From assembly GCA_040756875.1 (NCBI GenBank), contig JBFLYH010000002.1:222526-286525 (forward strand): a DNA stretch of 64,000 nt, in the 5' to 3' direction. Every line of letters starts with the position of its first letter. Positions within the stretch are counted from its first letter, which is position 1. The notes beneath the pieces are model-generated. The model worked only from the letters and a program-made list of their open reading frames with translations. It was not told the origin of the DNA and searched no databases. Of this stretch, positions 44,366-55,195 are shown piece after piece. This stretch comes from a candidate division FCPU426 bacterium. Lineage in GTDB: Bacteria; Oederibacteriota; JAAXVQ01; JAUVAV01. A program made the position numbers and the translations under genes.

Positions 44366-46582
44366 TCACTGTATCAAACGCCGCGCCGTGGCGCCGGACG
44401 ACGGCCGGAACGATTCCATCCAGTCCTGGGCGCTGCGCATTTTTTCCGCGGCGCGCAGCGCCGCTTCGGTGCTGGGGGCCAGCTGAATGAAGCGGTCCCA
44501 GGCCGCTACGGCCTCGTCCCACCAGTACCGCTGGCTGTAGATCGTGGCCAGCCGTTCGTGCACCTCGATGTGCTTCGGGTTCAATTCCAGGGTCCGGCCG
44601 TATTCCACCTCGGCCTCGTCCAGCCACTTTTTTTGCAGGTAGATCTCCCCGAGGTAGTAATGGGCGTCCGGATAATCGGGATTGATGGCCACGGCGCGCA
44701 GGAGCACGTCCTGGGCCTCGTTGGTCCGCTCCAGGCGCTTGTAGATCAGCCCCAGGTTGGTGCAGGCCTCCACGTAGCGGGGATTGATCACCAGGGCCTT
44801 GTTGTATTCGGAGACGGCCTCCTCGAAACGGTCGGTATTGCGGTAGACGTTGGCCAGGTCGTAGTGCGCCGCGGCGTTCTGGGGATTGGCCTTGATGTCG
44901 GCCTGCAGCTTCTCGATCGCTTCCTTGAAGATGTCCTTTTTCTTGGCCGCGGAGGCGAGATTGCGCCGGGCGGTTTCGTAATTGGGGTCAATGGCCAGGG
45001 CGTGGTTGAACTCTTCGATGGCCTTGTCGTAAATGCCCTTCTGGTAATAAATGACGCCCAGGTTGTTGTAGGCCTTGGCGTACTGGGGGTTGATCTCGAT
45101 CGCCTTGCGGTATTCATCCAGGGCATCGTCGAAGTTGCCAATGCTTTTATAGGCCATGCCCAGGGAATTGTGGGCCACCGCGTTCTCCGGGTCGACGGCC
45201 AGTGCTTTCTGGTATTCGATGATGGCTTCTTCGAAGCGCCCCTTGTCGGCCAGGGCCAGGCCCAGATAGATGTTGGCTTCGCTGTCCTGGGCGTAAGCCG
45301 GAGACAGTTCGATGGCCCGCCGGAACTCGCGCACCGCGCCGTCGTAGTTGTTGTGCCGGTAGTAATAGATTCCGAGCTGGTAGTGGGCGTCGGCAAAGTG
45401 GGGATTGCGGGCGATGGCGCGCTCGATCTCCGTGATCGCCTCCTGGATCTTGCCCTGGCGGTAATAAACGATGCCTAATTCATAGTGGCTGCGCACGTTC
45501 TCCGGATCCCGTTCGAACACCCGGCGCAGCTGGTCCTCGGCTTCAGGAAACATGCCTTGCTGCCGGTACAGGATGCCGGCGTTGATGAAGGCGTCGCTGA
45601 GGGCCGGGTTGAGCTCCTGGGCCCGGCGGAAATATTTGATGGCCTCGGTGGGATGGTTCATTTCGAAATATATTTCGCCCAGGCTGTTGGCGAGCTCGGC
45701 GTCCTTGGGATTGACGGCTACCGCCTTCTCGTACTGCTGAATGGCTTCGTTCAGCAACCCCTTGAGGCGGTAGGCCTTGCCCAGCTCCTTGTAGGCCGCG
45801 GCCGGATCGGATTCGCCCGTCGGCGCAACGGGCGCGGCTTCCAGCCCCGGCGCCGGCTCCTCCCCGCCTTTGTAATAGTCGATGGCGAGATTGGTGGAGG
45901 TCTGCGCATAGCCCGGATTGATTTCCACCGCCCGCGCGAACTCCCGCTCCGCTTCCTGGTTCATGCCCTTGTCGCCGTAGGCGAAGCCCAGGTTGTAGTG
46001 GGCCACGGCGAACTCGGGGTTGATCTGCACCGCAGTCTGGAACTCGCGGATCGCCTGGTCGTACAACCCCTTGTTGTAGCAAATCTCGCCGAGCGTGTTG
46101 TGCAGGTCGGCGAAATGCGGGGCCTGAGCAATCCCCTTTTTCATGACCTCCATGGCCTCGTCGAAACGGCCGAGGCTTTTATAGACGATGCCCAGCGAAT
46201 TGATGGCGAACAGGTGCGAAGGGGTGATCTCGACGGCCCGCTGGTACTCGGCGATGGCTTCCTGATAGCGGCCAGTGTAGCGGAAGGCGTTGCCGAGGTT
46301 GTAATGCGCGTCCGCGTCCTCAGGATACATCTGGATGGCGCGCTGGTAGGCGCCGATGGCGCGGTCGTAAATGCCCGTGTTCTTGTTGACCGCCAGCAGG
46401 TTTTCCATGGCCTGCGACAGGTTGTGGTCGATTTCCAGGGCGCGCTTGAATTCCTTGATGGCTTCGACGTACATGCCCTTGGAATAATAAAACACGCCCA
46501 GATTGTTGTGGGCCGAGGCATCGTTCTGGTCGATGCCGTATTCGAACTCCCGCAGATTCTGGGCGTCTTCTTTTTCGCTCAT
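44366..46582 (-). CDS. Large TPR-repeat protein (738 aa)
   Basis: Many canonical 34-aa TPRs (AHNNLGVFYY, AHYNLGNAF, AYNNLGVIYY). ATG at 46582 overlaps the upstream stop. Confidence 0.92.
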   Translation of the reverse strand: MSEKEDAQNLREFEYGIDQNDASAHNNLGVFYYSKGMYVEAIKEFKRALEIDHNLSQAMENLLAVNKNTGIYDRAIGAYQRAIQMYPEDADAHYNLGNAFRYTGRYQEAIAEYQRAVEITPSHLFAINSLGIVYKSLGRFDEAMEVMKKGIAQAPHFADLHNTLGEICYNKGLYDQAIREFQTAVQINPEFAVAHYNLGFAYGDKGMNQEAEREFARAVEINPGYAQTSTNLAIDYYKGGEEPAPGLEAAPVAPTGESDPAAAYKELGKAYRLKGLLNEAIQQYEKAVAVNPKDAELANSLGEIYFEMNHPTEAIKYFRRAQELNPALSDAFINAGILYRQQGMFPEAEDQLRRVFERDPENVRSHYELGIVYYRQGKIQEAITEIERAIARNPHFADAHYQLGIYYYRHNNYDGAVREFRRAIELSPAYAQDSEANIYLGLALADKGRFEEAIIEYQKALAVDPENAVAHNSLGMAYKSIGNFDDALDEYRKAIEINPQYAKAYNNLGVIYYQKGIYDKAIEEFNHALAIDPNYETARRNLASAAKKKDIFKEAIEKLQADIKANPQNAAAHYDLANVYRNTDRFEEAVSEYNKALVINPRYVEACTNLGLIYKRLERTNEAQDVLLRAVAINPDYPDAHYYLGEIYLQKKWLDEAEVEYGRTLELNPKHIEVHERLATIYSQRYWWDEAVAAWDRFIQLAPSTEAALRAAEKMRSAQDWMESFRPSSGATARRLIQ

Positions 46583-47220
46583 GCCGATTCTCCGGCGGCC
46601 TCGACCCACTTCTGGGCGTTGACGTTTTCCAGCACGGTCTCGAGGTGCAGGACCGTGATCAGGTGGTTTTGGTGTTTGCCCACGCCGTACACATGGCGCT
46701 GGTCCAGCCCGCGCAGCAGGGCCGGGCTGCTCTCGATCCGGTCGATGGGCAGCTGCAGCACGGCTTCGACTTCGTCCACCAGCAGGCCGTAAAGCTGGGA
46801 GGTGATTTCCACCACGATGATGCGGGAATCCTCGGTTTGCGGCTGGGGTTCCTGCCCCAGGCGCCGGGCCAGGTTGATCACTGGCACCACCAGGCCGCGG
46901 TATTTGATCAGCCCCTCGATGAATTTGGGCATCTTGGGCAGGTGGTTCACCTGCTGGGAGCGGATGATCTCGCGGACGAACAGCGCTTCGAAGGCGAACT
47001 CCTCCTTGGCCAGCCGGAAGGTCACCACCAGCAGGCCCTGCAACACGTGCAGGATGTCCTCCTCCTGCACGTAGCCGAGCCGCACCAGGGTTTTCCCGAG
47101 CGGCTCCGCGGCCCGCTGCTGCTCGGCCAGGGCCTTGTCCAGTTGTTCCCGCTGCAGGCGTCCGCTTTGGACCAGCAATTCACCCAGCGACTTTTCCTGC
47201 TGGCGCTGCATGAAAGCCAT
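46579..47220 (-). CDS. CheW fused to an N-terminal MshEN-like (T2SSE_N) module
   Basis: SLGELLVQSGRLQREQLDKALAEQ-x5-PLGKTLVRLGYVQEEDILHVLQ, then a CheW domain (VTFRLAKEEF, GLIKYRGLVVPVINL, YGLLVDEV). Start set at ATG 47220. Confidence 0.85.
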   Translation of the reverse strand: MAFMQRQQEKSLGELLVQSGRLQREQLDKALAEQQRAAEPLGKTLVRLGYVQEEDILHVLQGLLVVTFRLAKEEFAFEALFVREIIRSQQVNHLPKMPKFIEGLIKYRGLVVPVINLARRLGQEPQPQTEDSRIIVVEITSQLYGLLVDEVEAVLQLPIDRIESSPALLRGLDQRHVYGVGKHQNHLITVLHLETVLENVNAQKWVEAAGESA

Positions 47221-47222
47221 GT

Positions 47223-48395
47223 TCAGCCACCCTTGACGAACTTGAGATTGTTCCGCAGGATCTCGTTCTGCGGGTCGAGCTCCAGCGCCTTCTCCCACAC
47301 TTTGAGCGCCTTGTCGTGCTCGTTCTGCCGGTAGAAAATGTTGCCGAGCTTGAGGTAGGCTTCGGCCAAATGCGGCTCCAGTTTGATCACGGCCTTGAAC
47401 GCCGACATGGCTTTGGCGTATTCACCCTGCCGGTACAAGAGGTTGGCCAGGCCCAGCTGCACCGCGACGTCGGTGGCGTTCAGTTTCAGGGCCGCCTCGT
47501 ACTCTTTGAGCGCGTCCACCGCCCGGTCCTGCTGATCATAGATGAAAGCCAGGATTTTGTGGAGATTAGCGTCCGCCGGGTTCATTTCCAAAACCTTCTT
47601 GTAGGCCGCGACCGCTTCGTTCTTTTTTCCCAGCAGGGCGTACACCTGCCCCAGCAGCGTGAACGCGTCGAGGTTTTTAGGGTTGATCTTGAGGGCGCGC
47701 TGGATGAAGGCCAGCGCGTCCTGCGGTTTGTTGCCCCGCACCAGCAGCTGCCCCAGGTTCTGCAGGCTCACGGCGTCGTCCGGATTGAGCTCCAGCGCCT
47801 GGCGGAAGGCGTTCTCAGCCTCGCCCAGACGGCCCATTTTGGTCTTCAGGCCGCCGATGATGTTGAACACGCCGGCGTGCTTGGGATTGATCTTGAGCGC
47901 CGCTTCGTACTCGGCCACGCCTTCGGCGTAACGTCCCTGGCTCTCGTGGATGTAACCCAGTTTGAAATGGACTTCGGACAGGTTGGGGTTGATGCGCAGC
48001 GAAGCCTCGTACTCGCGCCGCGCCTCCTCCCACGACCCCTGCTTGTAATAGGCGTCCCCGAGGTTGTTGTGCAGGCCCGAGTCCTCGGCGTTGATCTCCA
48101 GCGCTTTGCGGAACTCGCTGATCGCTTCCTCGGTTTTCCCGGTGTTGGCGTAGATCAGGCCCAGCTTGCAGTGGGCGTTCACGTGCATGGAATTGGCCGC
48201 GATGACCTGCAGATACGAAGCCACCGCCCGGTCGTACTCGCCCACGTTGGAGTAGAGGATCCCCAGTTGAAAATGAACCTCCGCGTCCTTGGGGTTCAGT
48301 TCCAGGGCCTTCTGAAATTCCCGGATGGCGTCCTGATACCGCCGGTTCAGGGAAAAGGCCACGCCCAGGTTGATGTGGTCCTGAATCTTTTCCAC
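47223..48395 (-). CDS. TPR-repeat protein (390 aa)
   Basis: Tandem TPRs along the whole length; GTG start after GAGGAG. Confidence 0.92.
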   Translation of the reverse strand: MEKIQDHINLGVAFSLNRRYQDAIREFQKALELNPKDAEVHFQLGILYSNVGEYDRAVASYLQVIAANSMHVNAHCKLGLIYANTGKTEEAISEFRKALEINAEDSGLHNNLGDAYYKQGSWEEARREYEASLRINPNLSEVHFKLGYIHESQGRYAEGVAEYEAALKINPKHAGVFNIIGGLKTKMGRLGEAENAFRQALELNPDDAVSLQNLGQLLVRGNKPQDALAFIQRALKINPKNLDAFTLLGQVYALLGKKNEAVAAYKKVLEMNPADANLHKILAFIYDQQDRAVDALKEYEAALKLNATDVAVQLGLANLLYRQGEYAKAMSAFKAVIKLEPHLAEAYLKLGNIFYRQNEHDKALKVWEKALELDPQNEILRNNLKFVKGG

Positions 48396-48420
48396 GCTTG
48401 CTCCTCGTCCTAAAAAAAGC

Positions 48421-49227
48421 TCATACAGGTGTTTCCCGCCGCTGATAAATGCGCTCCCGGATATCGATCACGTCGAACCAGCGCCGCATTTCGCCGAGCA
48501 GCGTCTCGGTTTTACCCAGCACTAAAAAACCTCCGCTGCGCAGGCGGGTGTGAAACCCCTTGAAGAGGCGTTCCTGCAGGCCGCCGATGAAATAAATCAG
48601 GACGTTCCGGCACACGATCAGGTCGAATTGCTCGTCCGGCAGCGAGCCGGTCAGGTCGTGCAGCCGGCACTCGACGCGGCGCTTCAATTCGGGTTTAACC
48701 ACCCGCTCTTCGCCCTCAAAAATAAAGTACTTCGCCCGGAGGTCGATCTGCACGGGCTTGATGCTGGCGGCGCTGTAGCGTCCGGCCTTGGCCAGTTCCA
48801 GCACCGTGGGATCGATATCCGTGGCCAAAATCGACCACTGGCAGGAAACCGGCAGCCCTTCGCTGAGGCTGATGGCCAGGGAATAGGGTTCCTGTCCATG
48901 CGCGCACCCTGCGCTCCAGACCCTGATCCTGGCGCGGTCCTGCCACAGCGGAATCACCTTGCGCTTGATCTGGCCGTATACCCCCGGATCCCGGAAAAAC
49001 GTCGAGACATTGATTGTAAGGCGGTCCAGCAGGTTGGCGTATTCCTGTGGATTGCCCTCGAGCAGCCGGCGGTAATCGGCGTACGTCGCGCTCTGAGTGG
49101 CGCGCATGCGCACCGCCAGACGGCGCTTTAAATAGCTGATTTTATACTGACTGGCGTCCAAACCCGCCTTGCGCCAAATGGCGTTGAGCAGCAGGTTAAA
49201 CTGCCGGTCCTCGGGTTCGGTGATCAT
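48421..49227 (-). CDS. cheR: Chemotaxis methyltransferase CheR
   Basis: LTINVSTFFRD, RVWSAGC..GQEPYSLA, ATDID, FDLIVCRNVLIYF. Confidence 0.95.
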   Translation of the reverse strand: MITEPEDRQFNLLLNAIWRKAGLDASQYKISYLKRRLAVRMRATQSATYADYRRLLEGNPQEYANLLDRLTINVSTFFRDPGVYGQIKRKVIPLWQDRARIRVWSAGCAHGQEPYSLAISLSEGLPVSCQWSILATDIDPTVLELAKAGRYSAASIKPVQIDLRAKYFIFEGEERVVKPELKRRVECRLHDLTGSLPDEQFDLIVCRNVLIYFIGGLQERLFKGFHTRLRSGGFLVLGKTETLLGEMRRWFDVIDIRERIYQRRETPV

Positions 49228-49727
49228 TCGGTCTGCAACAGTACCTGATCGCCAGCCTGAATAATATCACGCGCCGCGAGAACCCGTCCAATGGTTAATC
49301 CCTCCTGATTGGAAAGGATTTCCAGCTTGCCCACCTGTTTCAGCCAGCCGGTTTTTCGCGACTCGGCCCGGTCCGCTTCCTGGTCCATGAAATGGTAAAT
49401 ATAATGGATTTCTCCGGCATGCATGGCTACTTTTCGGTTCGGGGAAAGGCAAACTTGGTCGCCGAGCGTTATCAGCAGGTGATCGTCCAAATGGCGGGTG
49501 ATCGTGGCCCAGGCGTGGCCCGGAGCCCGCAGCAGGGCCGATGGCCCCGGGTTCCCTTCGGGCGGGCTGGCTTCGTTCGCATCCGGCTCGGCATAAGCGG
49601 CTGCCTGTTCAGGATCAGCGTTTTCCTGAACCTGGGGTTCCTCGGTCTGGGCCCAGGCCGAGGGGACGGCAATCTGCCAACAAACCAGCAATAGCGAAAA
49701 TATCAACAACTTGGGCATTGTATGCAT
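49224..49727 (-). CDS. Exported hypothetical protein with a beta-rich C-terminal domain
   Basis: Signal peptide (LLIFSLLLVCWQIAVPSAWA), acidic/Pro linker, GDQV...VGKLEI...GRVL...IQAGDQV. Stop overlaps the cheR start. Confidence 0.7.
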   Translation of the reverse strand: MHTMPKLLIFSLLLVCWQIAVPSAWAQTEEPQVQENADPEQAAAYAEPDANEASPPEGNPGPSALLRAPGHAWATITRHLDDHLLITLGDQVCLSPNRKVAMHAGEIHYIYHFMDQEADRAESRKTGWLKQVGKLEILSNQEGLTIGRVLAARDIIQAGDQVLLQTE

Positions 49728-49829
49728 CGTCAGAGTCCTCGGGTGTTGTTGATAGTGTCGGATGCAGCCCCGGCACGGATAACCTTAAGTATAATATATT
49801 TTTAAGCCGAAGGGAAACGAGAATCCGGT

Positions 49830-50717
49830 TTAAGCGGGCTTGTATCCGGAGAGAACGCGCGGGATCTGCTGCCAGTCCAGGCGGGCTTCGAGTTCTGAAA
49901 AACCCGCGCCGGCAAACAACTTCCAGGCAGCGGCCTTCTGGGAAATGCCGATTTCACAAACAAACAGGCCGCCAGGGCGCAGCAAGCGGTAAACCAGGGG
50001 CAGCAACCGGCGGATGACTGTCAATCCGTCTGGTCCGCCGTCCAGGGCGAGCCGCGGTTCAAAGCGCACCTCAGGCTGGAGTTTGGATACTTCCGAGCTT
50101 GGAATATAAGGCGGATTGGAAACCACCAGGTCCATTTTCCCATGCCAGCGTTGGGGCATAGTAGTCCCCTGGCACAGGCGCACGCGGGCGCCCAAACGCA
50201 ACAAACGGCGGTTTTTTACGGCCCAAGCCAGGGCCTGACCAGAACGGTCAAGGCCCCACACCCTGGCCCGGGGATATCGAACAGCCAGCGCCAGCGCCAA
50301 ATTCCCCGAACCTGTGCCTACATCAAGCAGCAAGCGGGGCTCGTTCCGGAGCCTCCGTTTGGCTTCCTCCAGAATTAATTCGGTTTCAGGCCTGGGAATC
50401 AGCACCCCTCGCCCGGTTTTAAGCGTTAGACCGTCAAAGTATTCGCTGCCCAGCAAGTATTGCAAGGGCACCCTGCGGCTGCGGGCTGAAATCAAAGAAA
50501 CGAAAGCCTTGCCCGTTGCCTTTGGCAGAAGTTCATCCAAACCGGCCAGGACCTTGGCTTTGGAAAGCTTGCCAGCATGAGCCAGCAATTCAACCGCATT
50601 CTGGCGGGCTGCTTCAACGTTGGCTGAGGAGAGTTTATGGGTAGCCCAGAGCAGCCACGCCTGAAGCGTGTGCCGGCTGGAACTATCGGGAATTTGAATT
50701 GACTTGGCCTGCTGCAT
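49830..50717 (-). CDS. prmC: Release factor glutamine methyltransferase
   Basis: PLQYLLG, VLIPRPETE, DVGTGSG, VSNPPYI, EP..ALDGGPDGL. Confidence 0.95.
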   Translation of the reverse strand: MQQAKSIQIPDSSSRHTLQAWLLWATHKLSSANVEAARQNAVELLAHAGKLSKAKVLAGLDELLPKATGKAFVSLISARSRRVPLQYLLGSEYFDGLTLKTGRGVLIPRPETELILEEAKRRLRNEPRLLLDVGTGSGNLALALAVRYPRARVWGLDRSGQALAWAVKNRRLLRLGARVRLCQGTTMPQRWHGKMDLVVSNPPYIPSSEVSKLQPEVRFEPRLALDGGPDGLTVIRRLLPLVYRLLRPGGLFVCEIGISQKAAAWKLFAGAGFSELEARLDWQQIPRVLSGYKPA

Positions 50718-50783
50718 AATTTAACATATCGTCCGTATTCTCTATGAATCAACCGTTTTTCGACATTTTCTCAAGGTGATCAC

Positions 50784-51212
50784 ATGACCTTGATCCTGCG
50801 TCCTCATCATCTGCTTTGCCGCCTGGGATTTAATGGCTACGGCTATTCTCCGGAATACGTCGCTGAAATGAGCCGGATCGCCAAGCTGTTCAATTCCGGC
50901 AGGGTCAAAACCGTCATCATTAAACCCGGATTGGACCATATCTGCCGCAGTTGCCCGCACCATGAGTATGAATGCTCGCCGGAAAAATTGGGTATCCGCG
51001 GCCGGACCATGGCTGAACTGGATCATTGCACCCTGCGCACGCTGAAGCTGAAACCCGGCCATCCCTATCCTCTGCCTGAGATCGACGAACGGATCGCCCG
51101 CCTCACGCCCGAGGAATTTCAAACCATCTGCCGGGGTTGCGAATGGCAGCGCCTCGACCTCTGCAGCCAGGCGCACGAGAAATTGCGCCGCCGCCTGCGC
51201 ATCGAACCATAA
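50784..51212 (+). CDS. DUF1284-like Cys-rich protein
   Basis: LRPHHLLC..GF.GYGYS, DHICRSCP, ICRGCEW..LDLC. Confidence 0.85.
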   Translation: MTLILRPHHLLCRLGFNGYGYSPEYVAEMSRIAKLFNSGRVKTVIIKPGLDHICRSCPHHEYECSPEKLGIRGRTMAELDHCTLRTLKLKPGHPYPLPEIDERIARLTPEEFQTICRGCEWQRLDLCSQAHEKLRRRLRIEP

Positions 51213-51231
51213 TTATCGTCTTCTCCTCAAC

Positions 51232-51375
51232 ACCAGCGCAGGGGCATTCCCCGGAATGCCGCCTCACCAGTCTCACCTATAACAAGTATCTGTTCGGATT
51301 CGGATTGGAATTCCGAATCCGAACTCAAAATATCGAAGACCATGAGGCGGTGATGGGAAATGCCTCTGCGCTGGT
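51232..51375. other. 144-nt rod-like nested inverted repeat between convergent genes (candidate structured RNA or MITE)
   Basis: Outer 21-bp imperfect stem, inner CCGCCTCA/TGAGGCGG stem, unpaired centre, perfect 13-bp apical stem GTTCGGATTCGGA/TCCGAATCCGAAC. Confidence 0.55.
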
Positions 51376-51380
51376 CTACC

Positions 51381-52442
<1,062 letters not shown>

Positions 52443-52537
52443 GGGTATGCTCCTGATCTCAACGATCTAAATCATATTCTTTATCCCTCCCCCTGCGAGG
52501 AGGGAGGGGGATACTATTCACGGATAACATCCATTCT

Positions 52538-52597
52538 AAAAAAAAACCACAGATCCTCGGCGCAAGGGGCTAGCCGCCCGCGCAGGAACCCGTGGTT
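52538..52597 (-). terminator. Probable intrinsic terminator after thyX
   Basis: Minus strand ACCACGGGTTCCT...AGGATCTGTGGT followed by a long T run. Confidence 0.6.
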
Positions 52598-52603
52598 AAA
52601 AAG

Positions 52604-53290
52604 CTACAGCGCCTGGTACTTGGCCCGGACCTCGGCCGTCTTGCCGCAGGTCATCTCCCCTTCCGGGCACGGACCGGACGCGCATCCCGGCCCGGCCTGG
52701 TGGAAAATGCTCGGCGCCTGCGCCTTGGCCAGGGCCAGCATGCGGTCCGCCAGCTCGTGGATCTCCCACTGCGCCCGGTTGCAGCAGCGCAGGCGGAAGA
52801 AATGCAGCAGCTCCCGCGCGTTCATGGTGACCACGATCTTGGATTCGCAGGCATTGGGCAGCAGGTAGCGGGCATCCTCGGCCGGCACGCCCGCGGCCAG
52901 CAGCGCCTCGTAGGCTTCGCCCACCACGGCCAGGGCCGCGGAAAAACGCCCGGCCAGGTCCGGCCGGGCGGCCACGGACGGTGGTGTGACGTAGGGAAAA
53001 TCGCGCAGGGTGACATAACGCTGGCTTTGCTGGGAATAGGAGGCCAGGCGGTGGCGCACCAGCTGGTGCGTTAGGGCCCGGGACACGCCTTCCACGCCGA
53101 AGGTGAATGACACGTGCTCCAGGGCCGAATGGTGGCCCAGTTTGACCAGGCGGCGGATGAAGGCGGCGGTTTTTTCCGGAGTCAGCTTTTCGGCGATGGT
53201 CCCGAGGTCCGAGGCGGAATAGCACAGGCGTGCGGCTTGCGCCACCACCTGCTCAGGGTCCTGCGGGAATTTGAGCAGCATCACCTGCAT
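52604..53290 (-). CDS. thyX: Flavin-dependent thymidylate synthase
   Basis: GHHSALEH, SRALTHQLVRHRLASYSQQSQRY, EDARYLLP, RCCNRAQWEI. Confidence 0.97.
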   Translation of the reverse strand: MQVMLLKFPQDPEQVVAQAARLCYSASDLGTIAEKLTPEKTAAFIRRLVKLGHHSALEHVSFTFGVEGVSRALTHQLVRHRLASYSQQSQRYVTLRDFPYVTPPSVAARPDLAGRFSAALAVVGEAYEALLAAGVPAEDARYLLPNACESKIVVTMNARELLHFFRLRCCNRAQWEIHELADRMLALAKAQAPSIFHQAGPGCASGPCPEGEMTCGKTAEVRAKYQAL

Positions 53291-53330
53291 AAGGCCACCG
53301 AGGGTCGGTCCGGGTTGGGGTGCGGGAAGG

Positions 53331-53540
53331 CTAGGATTTTTTGGCGTCGTAACGGCGGCGGAACTTCTCCACGCGGCCGGCCGTGTCCACCAGCTTCTGC
53401 GTGCCGGTGAAGAACGGGTGGCACGAGGAGCAGATTTCCACGCGCATGGTGGGCGGAACCGTGGAACGGGTTTCGACTACGTTGCCGCAGGCGCACACGA
53501 ATTTCGTGGGTTCATATTTGGGGTGCAACTTTTCCTTCAT
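53331..53540 (-). CDS. rpmE: 50S ribosomal protein L31, zinc-binding type
   Basis: [33 protein letters not shown] at 53540 after GGAGG. Confidence 0.97.
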   Translation of the reverse strand: MKEKLHPKYEPTKFVCACGNVVETRSTVPPTMRVEICSSCHPFFTGTQKLVDTAGRVEKFRRRYDAKKS

Positions 53541-53575
53541 GGAACGATCCTCCTTCAAACTTTGAAAAGCGCGGT

Positions 53576-53604
53576 ATTGTAGCACAGCTGAAAAGAAGAG
53601 GCAA
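53576..53604 (-). promoter_or_regulatory. Probable rpmE promoter
   Basis: Minus strand TTGCCT, 17-nt spacer, TG-n-TACAAT (extended -10). Confidence 0.65.
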
Positions 53605-53697
53605 GCGATCCTGCGGACCTTTTCGGCTTTTCGCGGATCCCGGTACCCCTTGAAATCGCCTTTTATTTCAAGCGTTTAATCGCCGCACAACGGTCTG

Positions 53698-54945
53698 CTA
53701 GGTGTTCATGGCATCAAGGAAGGCTTTGTTGTTCTTGGTCTTGCCCATTTTATCCAGGAGCAATTCCATGGCTTCCACCATGGAAATCGGGTTCAGGACT
53801 TTGCGCAGCAGCCAGATGCGCGCCAGGTCCTCGGGCGGAATCAGCAGCTCCTCTTTGCGGGTGCCGGAGCGCTGGATGTCAATGGCCGGGAAAACGCGCT
53901 TCTCCACGAGCTTGCGGTCCAGGCACAGTTCCATGTTGCCCGTGCCCTTGAACTCTTCGAAAATGACTTCGTCCATGCGGCTGCCCGTGTCCACCAGGGC
54001 CGTGGCGATGATGGTGAGGCTGCCGCCCTCCTCCAGGGCGCGGGCCGCGCCGAAGAAGCGCTTGGGGCGCTGCAGGGCGTTGGAGTCCACGCCGCCGGAC
54101 AGGATCTTGCCGGACGAGGGGATGATGGTGTTGTGGGCCCGGCCCAGGCGGGTGATGGAGTCGAGCAGGATCACCACGTCGCGCTTGTGCTCCACCAGGC
54201 GCTTGGCCTTCTCGATCACCATGTCCGCGACCTGCACGTGCCGGTCCGCCGGCTCGTCGAAGGTCGAGGAGATGACCTCGCCCTTGACCGAGCGCTGCAT
54301 GTCCGTGACTTCCTCGGGGCGCTCGTCGATGAGGAGCACGATCAGCCAGATGTCCGGATTGTTGGCCGTGATGGCGTTGGCGATTTTCTGTAACAGGATC
54401 GTCTTGCCGGTGCGGGGCGGGGCCACGATCAGCCCGCGCTGCCCTTTGCCGATGGGGATCAGGAGGTCCATGATGCGGGTGCTGATGTCGCCGCCCGGGT
54501 ACTCGAGCTTGATCCGCTCGCGGGGATGGATGGGCGTGAGGTTGTCGAACAGGATCTTGTCGACCTGCTTCTCCGGCGGCTCGAAATTGATGTTCTCGAC
54601 CTTCAGCAGGGCGAAGTAGCGCTCCCCTTCCTTGGGCGGCCGTACCTGGCCGGTCACCGTGTCGCCGGTCCGCAGGTCGAAGCGCCGGATCTGTGAGGGG
54701 GAAACGTAGATGTCGTCCGGCCCGGGCAGGTAATTGTAGTCCGGCGAACGCAGGAAGCCGAAGCCGTCGGGCAGCACCTCCAACACGCCTTCGGCGCTGA
54801 TTTCTCCGTTTTGCAAAGCCTGGGCCTCGATGATCTTGAAGATCAGCTCCTGGGTCTTGAGTCCCGAGACCCCGGTGAGCTTGAGCTTTTTGGCCATGCC
54901 GTTCAGCTCGGAGATGCTTTTATGCTTTAATTCGGTAATATTCAT
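53698..54945 (-). CDS. rho: Transcription termination factor Rho
   Basis: [61 protein letters not shown]. Confidence 0.99.
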   Translation of the reverse strand: MNITELKHKSISELNGMAKKLKLTGVSGLKTQELIFKIIEAQALQNGEISAEGVLEVLPDGFGFLRSPDYNYLPGPDDIYVSPSQIRRFDLRTGDTVTGQVRPPKEGERYFALLKVENINFEPPEKQVDKILFDNLTPIHPRERIKLEYPGGDISTRIMDLLIPIGKGQRGLIVAPPRTGKTILLQKIANAITANNPDIWLIVLLIDERPEEVTDMQRSVKGEVISSTFDEPADRHVQVADMVIEKAKRLVEHKRDVVILLDSITRLGRAHNTIIPSSGKILSGGVDSNALQRPKRFFGAARALEEGGSLTIIATALVDTGSRMDEVIFEEFKGTGNMELCLDRKLVEKRVFPAIDIQRSGTRKEELLIPPEDLARIWLLRKVLNPISMVEAMELLLDKMGKTKNNKAFLDAMNT

Positions 54946-55195
54946 GCCCTTTCCTTCCTGCGCGGACGGTCGTTGGGCGTCGGCGCAATAGTCCAGTGGA
55001 CGCGGTTGATGCGGCTGATGAGGCTGGGTTGGAAGCTTACCACCAGTATCGGTTCATCCTTGGAATGAATTGAGCGTTCAACGTGCGGACCCCTCAAGCG
55101 CTGCGCTGAAACTTCCGGGAATGGATCCTATACCTGCGGGATAAGTGTTCGTGATGATTAGGCATCCGATCGCGCCTTTTGGGTAGGCGCATTGA

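Noticed and set aside
52484-52512. TCCCTCCCCCT..GGGAGGGGGA hairpin (similar remnant near 58880-58902)
   Set aside because: It is short and degenerate, probably a relic of a palindromic repeat family, and too weak to call separately.
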